Positions 7,071 through 13,084 of a DNA stretch of 16,220 nt are shown piece after piece (within the stretch, counting starts at the first letter, position 1; the number at the start of each line of letters is the position of its first letter). The DNA is from Candidatus Brocadiaceae bacterium (GTDB taxonomy: Bacteria > Planctomycetota > Brocadiia > Brocadiales > Bathyanammoxibiaceae). The notes below the pieces were generated by a model. It was not told the origin of the DNA. It saw only the letters and a list, made by a program, of their open reading frames with translations, and ran no database searches. A program made the translations under genes and the position numbers. The stretch spans positions 1 through 16,220 of the forward strand of contig JASEHG010000024.1 of assembly GCA_030018855.1 (NCBI GenBank), written 5' to 3'.

Positions 7071-7092
7071 AATTAAAGAGGAGGTAAGTTAT

Positions 7093-8544
7093 ATGAAAAA
7101 GATGCTCCTGATTAACCCTCATCCGCCAGGACGCCACGGGGAGGAGAGTATCCATGTCATCGTCCAGATGCCCTTGAACCTGGCTTACATCGCCGCCCTC
7201 ACACCAGGGGATTGGGAGTTTGACGTCGTTGACGAGAACATAGAACTCGCCCTGGACGAAAAGGAACAGGAGATAACTTTTGAGCCTCCCGACCTGGTGG
7301 CCATCACGGCACTGACCTATCAGGCCCCAAGGGCCTACAGGATCGCCATGGCCTGCAGGAAGCGCGGCATACCTGTCATCATGGGTGGTATCCATGCCTC
7401 CGTCTGCTCTGAGGAGGCCGTCCAGTACGTGGACGCCGTTATAACAGGCGAGGCGGAGACCGTCTGGCCAGAGGTAATCAGGGACTTTGAGCAGGGACAG
7501 CTGAAAAAGATATACAACGGCGGCCTGCCCCCTCTTTCTACGTTGAAAAAAGTCTACCCCGACAGAGAACTCCTGAAGAAGAAGTACGGCTACAAGTTTT
7601 CCTCCATAATCACCACCAAGGGCTGTCCCAACCGGTGCGACTTCTGCAGTGTACCTACCTTCCAGGGGCAGAAATTCAGGGAAAGACCCTATGAGGACGT
7701 CCTGGACGAGATGGCCGCTACGGACTACAAAGGTCTGATGTTCGCCGAAGATAATTTCTACGGGCACAGCGTAAAGTCTGCTGAACGGGCCAAAAACCTC
7801 TTCAGGGGTATGATAGACAGGAACCTGGGCAAGAACTGGTTGGGCTTCACTGCCCTGAACATCGGCCTTGACCCTGAGGTCCTACAGCTTATGACTAAAT
7901 CGGGCTGTTTTGGATTCCTTGTGGGTATTGAGTCCACCAACGAGCAGGTCCTTCAGAAGATGAACAAGAAGGTCAACCTCAGGCTGGGGACTACGAGTTA
8001 CAAGGACTGCATAAAGAAGGTCCACGACGCAGGCCTGATTGTCTGGGGTTCGGTGGTATTCGGTGCTGACGGAGACGACAAGGACTCCTTTAAGAGGATG
8101 GTGGACTTTATCCTGGACTGCCAGGTAGATATCCTCACCTACGGCCTAGATTGCCCATTTCCCAAGACCCCGTTATTCTACAGGTTAGATGCCGAAAGGA
8201 GACTCTTCAGGAAGAATTTCCCCTGGGACTGGCAGTACTATGAGACCGCACACATAGTCCACCGCCTCGTGGATATGACACTGGATGATTTTGTTAACGG
8301 CATGCAGTACGTTTACGACCATCTCTATGCCGGAGACAATCTCAGGATGCGTTTCAAGAATTCCATTAAGGCCACAGGCAATCCCCGCAACTCCATGTTT
8401 GCCCTGAGGGTAAGCCAGGATTGGGACCGGGTCTTCAAACAGGTGCTGGAGAACCTCCACAAGCTACAGGAATCAGGGGATTATTATAAGGATTGTTATA
8501 AAGAGACCGGTAAGACTGCCGTCTCTCTTTCAGGCACTGCTTAG
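7093..8544 (+). CDS. B12-binding-domain radical SAM enzyme (class B rSAM)
   Basis: N-terminal cobalamin-binding-type Rossmann segment (LVAITALTYQAPRAYRIAMACRKRGIPVIMGGIHAS), followed by the radical SAM cluster motif GCPNRCDFCS (CxxxCxxC). Strong RBS AGAGGAGG 8 nt upstream. Confidence 0.9.
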   Translation: MKKMLLINPHPPGRHGEESIHVIVQMPLNLAYIAALTPGDWEFDVVDENIELALDEKEQEITFEPPDLVAITALTYQAPRAYRIAMACRKRGIPVIMGGIHASVCSEEAVQYVDAVITGEAETVWPEVIRDFEQGQLKKIYNGGLPPLSTLKKVYPDRELLKKKYGYKFSSIITTKGCPNRCDFCSVPTFQGQKFRERPYEDVLDEMAATDYKGLMFAEDNFYGHSVKSAERAKNLFRGMIDRNLGKNWLGFTALNIGLDPEVLQLMTKSGCFGFLVGIESTNEQVLQKMNKKVNLRLGTTSYKDCIKKVHDAGLIVWGSVVFGADGDDKDSFKRMVDFILDCQVDILTYGLDCPFPKTPLFYRLDAERRLFRKNFPWDWQYYETAHIVHRLVDMTLDDFVNGMQYVYDHLYAGDNLRMRFKNSIKATGNPRNSMFALRVSQDWDRVFKQVLENLHKLQESGDYYKDCYKETGKTAVSLSGTA

Positions 8545-8549
8545 AAGTT

Positions 8550-8609
8550 GTAGGGGCGTATTGTTCGCTATTATGCGAATCTGCCTAAGGCATGGCAATA
8601 CGCCCCTAC
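8550..8609. repeat. GTAGGGGC-family element folding as a three-way junction
   Basis: Perfect 14-bp outer stem GTAGGGGCGTATTG (8550-8563) / CAATACGCCCCTAC (8596-8609). It encloses two mini-hairpins, TTCGC-TATTAT-GCGAA (8564-8579) and TGCC-TAA-GGCA (8582-8592). It starts 6 nt after the rSAM stop and has no U-tract. Confidence 0.8.
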
Positions 8610-8684
8610 CGCGGCCCCTCTAATAACCACTCTTAAAGGAGCTTACGTCTGGTGCAAATCTTTGCATGAGGCCCGATTTTGCTA

Positions 8685-8712
8685 TTGACTTTTGGTTTTT
8701 ATTCGCTAAACT
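8685..8712 (+). promoter_or_regulatory. Candidate distal promoter for the Rieske/cyt b operon
   Basis: TTGACT (8685-8690), 16-nt spacer, TAAACT (8707-8712). Palindrome TGCAAA-TC-TTTGCA (8653-8666) lies just upstream. Motif match only. Confidence 0.3.
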
Positions 8713-8837
8713 ATCCGTGCTTCTCAGTGAGGAGGGAGGCCAATAGCCATCTACCTAAAAGGCAGGAGGTTCAGTATCACAGGGGCCGCGCCTACGGTAC
8801 TTGTGATTCGGTGGAGTTGTCTGTACGAAATGCGGGC

Positions 8838-8865
8838 TTGAAATTTCCATTTAGAATGCTATAAA
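8838..8865 (+). promoter_or_regulatory. Candidate proximal promoter for the Rieske/cyt b operon
   Basis: TTGAAA (8838-8843), 16-nt spacer, TATAAA (8860-8865). It would give a leader of about 100 nt containing the 8891-8939 hairpins. GGAGG RBS at 8961-8965. Confidence 0.4.
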
Positions 8866-8890
8866 ATACAACATCCTTCTCCTAATAGAC

Positions 8891-8939
8891 GTAGGGCACG
8901 GTTTTAACCCTGCCCAATATGGACAGACCTTTAGGTCTG
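8891..8939. repeat. Leader hairpins of the GTAGGG / CTGCCCA word family
   Basis: GTAGGGCACGG-TTTTAA-CCCTGCCC (8891-8915) is a stem with one mismatch. It is followed by CAGACCT-TT-AGGTCTG (8924-8939). The word CTGCCCA(A)TA occurs at 8911, 8936 and 11472. Confidence 0.5.
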
Positions 8940-8971
8940 CCCATACTACGTACACCTCTTGGAGGTAGGCG

Positions 8972-10873
8972 ATGGCTCACGAGGATAGGTTTACCATAGA
9001 TTTAGGACAGCCTGAACTCAATATAAACATCCTGCCACGTCTTGCTATCCGCTATAAAGGTTCCTTCCAAAAGCTCCTCTCAGAAAGAAAATACAAAGCA
9101 GACGTTGCCAATGACCTACAATGGTTCCACAAAAACGTACCCTGCCGTGAGGCCTGTCCTGTAGGGACTAATGCCAGGGCCTATGTCACGGCCATTGCTA
9201 AGGGGGATTACCAGGAGGCCTACCTTGTAGCTCGTGAAAACAACCCCTTTGTATCTGTCTGCGGTAAGATTTGTAATGCCCCCTGTGAACCTGTCTGCAC
9301 CAGGAGTAAGCTGGACGAACCGGTGTCCATTAGGGCCCTGAAAGGGTTTGCGGTAGAAAAAAACCGTCTGGGCACCAGAGAGGTCTACCAGTGGCTCAAT
9401 AAAAAGAAGGGGAAGGTGTCGCTTGCTGGAAAGGCAGAAGTTCCTAATATAGCAATAGTTGGAGCAGGGCCTGCGGGCCTGTCTGCCGCACACGACCTCG
9501 CTCTTATGGGTTACAAGGTGAAACTACTGGAGGCCTCCAGCCAGCCTGGTGGTATGTTGAACAACGCCATCCCCGCCTTCAGGCTAGACAGAGAGGCAGT
9601 AAAAAGAGACATAGAAGGCATCCTCTCGCTGGGTATGGAATTAGAGATTAACACCAGGTGTGGAGAGGACTTCGGTATAGATGAGCTCAGGCAGAAGTAC
9701 GATGCCGTACTCTTAGCCGCCGGCTTACAGAAGGGTAGGTCCCTGGACGTGCCTGGCATGGAACTAGCAGGGGTATCTCAGGGGCTGGATTTCCTCAAAG
9801 AAGTGGCCTCCAGGGGGAGGGCCTCATTGGGGACGAAGGTTGTGGTAGTGGGCGGGGGTAGTATGGCTGTAGAGGTGGCCCGTACTGCACGGCGATTAGG
9901 GGTATGGAATACAAAGGTAACTGTGGTCTCTTACGAGGCATCCAGGGGTACGAAGCCCGGAAAGCCGGGGCAAGAGATGACAGCAGAGGATACGGAGATT
10001 GCTGAGGCCCTACAAGAAGGGGTGGTATTCTATCCAGGGCTTGGTCCTAGACGCATATTGGGAGAAGGCGGCAGGGTAACGGGTCTGGAACTGGTCCCGG
10101 TTGTGGCACTAGACCGTGACGGGGGAGGGCGATATAAACCTGTCTTTGGGCAAAACGGTTCCAGCGTTATAGAGGCAGACACGGTACTCCTGGCGATTGG
10201 CCAGGAGCCTGATACTGCCCTTCTCCAGAATACGAATTGTGGGGTGCGGATTGCGGAATCCCGCATCCTGCATTCCGAATTCCGCATTCCTGGGGCGGAT
10301 GGGGTCTTTGTCTGTGGTGACCTGGCTGGTGCTGGGCATGTAGTGGAGGCGGTTGCCTCCGGGCAGAAGGCCGCCCTTGCCATCCATAATTACCTGGAAG
10401 GCAAGGGTTCTCTTGGACTAGGCGAACTGCGCCCTGTAGTACCCGTCCACCACCACGAGAAATCGGACACCTTTACCAAACGGCTTACGATAGGTCGGAT
10501 TCTGCCTCCAATAGCACCCACAGATGCCAGGCTCAGGGGTATGGACCCCGTGGAAGGGAGTTATTCTGAGAAGGTTGCCAGGAGGCAGGCGGAGAGGTGC
10601 CTGGACTGTACGGTAAGCCCAATGATAGGGCCCTACCATCCTTGCACCGCCTGTGGCGACTGTCTGGACGTCTGCCCTACAGAGTGTCTTTCTTTAAGGT
10701 TCATGAATAATAAAGACCTCAGTTTTGGTGACAGTTGCATAGAGGAGGCTGAGGGAGAAGGCCCCTGGGTGGGGTTAATTATAAATGAAGAGGAGTGTGT
10801 CCACTGCGGGGCCTGCGCCGAGGCCTGCTGGTCGGATGCCATATACATGGTAAAGTTCAAAGAGATGGAATAG
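8972..10873 (+). CDS. GltD-like FAD/NAD(P)H-dependent iron-sulfur oxidoreductase with a C-terminal 2x[4Fe-4S] ferredoxin domain (NAD(P)-linked subunit of the Rieske/cyt b complex)
   Basis: N-terminal GltD-type Cys clusters (CREACPVGTNARAYV; VCGKICNAPCEPVCTR). Two dinucleotide folds (IAIVGAGPAGLSAA; VVVVGGGSMAVEVA). GVFVCGD motif. C-terminal CTACGDCLDVCP and CVHCGACAEAC. Confidence 0.88.
   Translation: MAHEDRFTIDLGQPELNINILPRLAIRYKGSFQKLLSERKYKADVANDLQWFHKNVPCREACPVGTNARAYVTAIAKGDYQEAYLVARENNPFVSVCGKICNAPCEPVCTRSKLDEPVSIRALKGFAVEKNRLGTREVYQWLNKKKGKVSLAGKAEVPNIAIVGAGPAGLSAAHDLALMGYKVKLLEASSQPGGMLNNAIPAFRLDREAVKRDIEGILSLGMELEINTRCGEDFGIDELRQKYDAVLLAAGLQKGRSLDVPGMELAGVSQGLDFLKEVASRGRASLGTKVVVVGGGSMAVEVARTARRLGVWNTKVTVVSYEASRGTKPGKPGQEMTAEDTEIAEALQEGVVFYPGLGPRRILGEGGRVTGLELVPVVALDRDGGGRYKPVFGQNGSSVIEADTVLLAIGQEPDTALLQNTNCGVRIAESRILHSEFRIPGADGVFVCGDLAGAGHVVEAVASGQKAALAIHNYLEGKGSLGLGELRPVVPVHHHEKSDTFTKRLTIGRILPPIAPTDARLRGMDPVEGSYSEKVARRQAERCLDCTVSPMIGPYHPCTACGDCLDVCPTECLSLRFMNNKDLSFGDSCIEEAEGEGPWVGLIINEEECVHCGACAEACWSDAIYMVKFKEME
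10244..10286. repeat. In-frame copy of a 43-nt GCGGAAT/ATTCCGC word element inside the GltD-like CDS
   Basis: GTGCGGATTGCGGAATCCCGCATCCTGCATTCCGAATTCCGCA matches the intergenic 11405-11447 at 33 of 43 positions (hand count). The first 7 and last 13 nt are identical, over the same overall length. It encodes VRIAESRILHSEFRI. Confidence 0.45.
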
Positions 10874-10888
10874 GGAGAAAAATGTTTT

Positions 10889-11392
10889 ATGTTTAAACCA
10901 GTGGCGAAGGCTGAGGCTATAGACCCGAAGAAGATTGCCCGTAGGGAGGCTATCCGAAAGGGCCTCTTCTGGGCCTGTTGGGGGGTCTTCATTGGGTTTG
11001 CCGGGATATTAGGGGCAAGCATAGTGAGGTTTGCGTATCCCAGGATAGTCTTTGAGCCCTCCAGTATATTTAAAGCCGGTAAACCGGACGACTACAAGGT
11101 AGGTTCGGTTGCGCTTATCCATGGTAGAGGGGTCTTTGTGATAAGGACGGAAAAGGGATTCTATGCCCTATCAGCCAAGTGTACCCATTTGGGATGCCAG
11201 CCCATCTGGTATGAGGACCAGCAGGTCTTCAAGTGTCCGTGTCATGGCGCCCGTTTTGATAAGGAAGGTATTAACTTTGCCGGTCCAGCCCCCCTGCCAT
11301 TGCCCAGGTTCCACCTGAGCCTCTCCCCGGATGGCCGTTTACTGGTAGATAAGTCAACAAACGTGGGTATGGACTTCTTCCTGGAGGCATGA
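10889..11392 (+). CDS. Rieske [2Fe-2S] protein
   Basis: CTHLGC...CPCHGARFD cluster-binding boxes. N-terminal Arg-rich segment (IARREAIRKGLF) followed by a TM helix, as in Tat-dependent Rieske anchors. The upstream ATG at 10882 hits a TAA after 4 codons. Confidence 0.92.
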   Translation: MFKPVAKAEAIDPKKIARREAIRKGLFWACWGVFIGFAGILGASIVRFAYPRIVFEPSSIFKAGKPDDYKVGSVALIHGRGVFVIRTEKGFYALSAKCTHLGCQPIWYEDQQVFKCPCHGARFDKEGINFAGPAPLPLPRFHLSLSPDGRLLVDKSTNVGMDFFLEA

Positions 11393-11404
11393 AAAGGGCG
11401 TGGA

Positions 11405-11447
11405 GTGCGGAGTACGGGATTCTGGACTCCGCCTTCCGAATTCCGCA
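11405..11447. repeat. Intergenic 43-nt GCGGA/TCCGC word element
   Basis: Contains the hairpin GCGGAGT-N12-ACTCCGC and the 3' string TTCCGAATTCCGCA. It is paralogous to 10244-10286. Confidence 0.55.
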
Positions 11448-11452
11448 CAGTT

Positions 11453-11477
11453 GTAGGGGCAGGGCTTGCCCCTGCCC
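11453..11477. repeat. GTAGGGGC-family hairpin
   Basis: GTAG-GGGCAGGG-CTTGC-CCCTGCCC (8-bp stem, 5-nt loop). It is preceded by GTT as in the 8547 copy and followed by ATA. Confidence 0.7.
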
Positions 11478-11502
11478 ATAAGAAAGGCGAGGTAAGATTG
11501 GA

Positions 11503-12123
11503 ATGAAGTGGGTACCGTTAGGCCTTGTGAGATATACCGTCTGTCTGGGCGGGCTCAGTGTGTTCTTCTTCCTGTTATGCATCCTCACCGGGCCATTCCT
11601 GATGCTTTATTATGTGCCTGACGTGAACCGTGCCCATGCCGACGTGATGGATATTATGCAGGTAGTGCCCTTTGGGGCCTTTGTCAGGAACGTCCACCGC
11701 TGGTCGGCCTGTCTTATGATTGTCTGCGTACCCGCACACATGACCAGGGTATTCCTTCAGGCCGCATATAAGCCCCCGCGCCAGCTCAACTGGCTGGTAG
11801 GGATTACGCTGCTAATCCTTACCTATCTCATGTGTTTCACGGGCTACATGCTCCCCTGGGACCAGGAGGCCTACTGGGGCGCCACCATCGGGGCCACCAT
11901 GGCGGAGAACTCCCCTTTCCTTGGGGCAAAAGGACCCTTTAGCGTACTTCCGCCAGATAAGGACATACATTACATAATGCTGGGTGGTACCGTGTTAGAC
12001 CAACCGACGCTCAGCCGTTTCTTTTTCGCGCACTGTATCGCTATCCCAGGTGCCCTCGCAGGGTTAATGGGATTCCACTTTTTCAATATCCACAGGGCCG
12101 GTGGTATGTCGGGCCCATTATAA
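11503..12123 (+). CDS. Cytochrome b, N-terminal (b6-like) subunit
   Basis: Helix B heme ligands HRWSACLMIVCVPAH (H-x13-H) and helix D HCIAIPGALAGLMGFH (H-x14-H). N-terminal VCLGG matches the YCLGG heme-ci cysteine context of b6. In-frame TAA at 11479-81 fixes the start. Confidence 0.92.
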   Translation: MKWVPLGLVRYTVCLGGLSVFFFLLCILTGPFLMLYYVPDVNRAHADVMDIMQVVPFGAFVRNVHRWSACLMIVCVPAHMTRVFLQAAYKPPRQLNWLVGITLLILTYLMCFTGYMLPWDQEAYWGATIGATMAENSPFLGAKGPFSVLPPDKDIHYIMLGGTVLDQPTLSRFFFAHCIAIPGALAGLMGFHFFNIHRAGGMSGPL

Positions 12124-12137
12124 CCAGGGAACAACCT

Positions 12138-12938
12138 ATGGCAGAAAAGATCGTTGAAGAAGGACCAGTAACCGCAGAGGGCAAAGAAAAGCTGAGACTC
12201 CTCACAGTGGTGAGGGGTGAGACCCTGCGGAATAGGGACATCTACGAGAGACCTCCCAAGTACGAACTCTTCTTCCCCAATTTCGTGATGAAGGAGTTGT
12301 GCGTGGGATTGGCCTTCCTAATAATTATCTTTATGTGGGCCTACTTTAAGGATTCGCCCCTTTACGAGTTGTCTGACCCCGCTGAGACACCTTCACACAT
12401 AAAGGCCGCATGGTACTTTGTGGGATTACAGGAGATGCTGGCCTATTTTGACCCCTATCTGGCAGGGGTGATTATCCCCTCCATGATACTGGCCGGGCTT
12501 TATCTGATACCCTTTATTGACCCAGACCCGGTGAAGGGGATAGGCCGTTTTGCCTTCAAGGAGAGGAAGTTCGCCATCGGCTGTTTCCTGGGGGGGGTTG
12601 CCATGTGGTATGGCCTCCTCCTGGTGGGCTGGTTCTTCAGGGGACCTTACTGGAGCTTCTACTGGCCGTGGGAGGACCACTCGGTAGTGAAGGCCACGGA
12701 AGTAGCCCTCTGGAGCTTCCCCCTCCCAGCAGGGATAGCCTTCCTCGTGTGTTATGGGATGTTGGTGCTTATCCTCCCCGCCGTTATCTTCCAGAACTTC
12801 TTCTTCCGGCTGGGGTTGATAAGATACCTTATCACGTTTAACCTCTTTGCGGTCATGTGTTTCGTACCCATCAAGATACTTCTGAGAAGCGCATTTAGTG
12901 TGAAATATATACTTGTAACACCATGGTTCAACATTTAA
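12138..12938 (+). CDS. Cytochrome b C-terminal subunit (subunit IV-like, extended with extra TM helices)
   Basis: AAWYFVGLQEMLAYF aligns with the PEWYF(Y/L)P Qo-site segment of subunit IV / cyt b C-terminal domains. Multiple hydrophobic helices. It starts 14 nt after the cyt b stop. Confidence 0.85.
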   Translation: MAEKIVEEGPVTAEGKEKLRLLTVVRGETLRNRDIYERPPKYELFFPNFVMKELCVGLAFLIIIFMWAYFKDSPLYELSDPAETPSHIKAAWYFVGLQEMLAYFDPYLAGVIIPSMILAGLYLIPFIDPDPVKGIGRFAFKERKFAIGCFLGGVAMWYGLLLVGWFFRGPYWSFYWPWEDHSVVKATEVALWSFPLPAGIAFLVCYGMLVLILPAVIFQNFFFRLGLIRYLITFNLFAVMCFVPIKILLRSAFSVKYILVTPWFNI

Positions 12939-12966
12939 GAGGAGACCGCTGAAAAACATGCGCAGT

Positions 12967-13039
12967 GTCATTCTGAGGGAGCGAAGCGACCGAAGAATCT
13001 CAGTTGAAACGGGAGATTCTTCGCTTCGCTCAGAATGAC
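12967..13039. repeat. Long three-segment hairpin (CATTCTGAG...CTCAGAATG type)
   Basis: Left arm GTCATTCTGAG-ggag-CGAAGCGA-ccga-AGAATCTC, loop AGTTGAAACGG, right arm GAGATTCT-TCGCTTCG-CTCAGAATGAC. That is 27 bp in three helices with two 4-nt bulges and no U-tract. Confidence 0.85.
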
Positions 13040-13084
13040 AGGACGTATCATTGAGACTTTTGCAGAGGTCTCAAGAGACTAAAA

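Noticed and set aside
7069-7767. A 232-aa minus-strand ORF overlapping the radical SAM gene. The same applies to the minus-strand ORFs at 14976-15647 (223 aa), 14514-14972, 12426-12971, 10633-11022, 10030-10383, 9116-9493, 6496-6888 and 2608-2973.
   Set aside because: All lie antisense to plus-strand genes that carry unmistakable family motifs. Their translations are low-complexity (Gly/Pro/Leu/Val-rich) with no recognisable motifs or RBS. They are typical shadow ORFs of the opposite coding strand.
8679-8864. A 61-aa ORF in the 427-nt spacer
   Set aside because: It has no Shine-Dalgarno, its start overlaps the distal candidate -35 (8685-8690), and it runs across that candidate's -10 and both boxes of the proximal candidate promoter. 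There is no recognisable motif. It is more likely non-coding leader or regulatory DNA.
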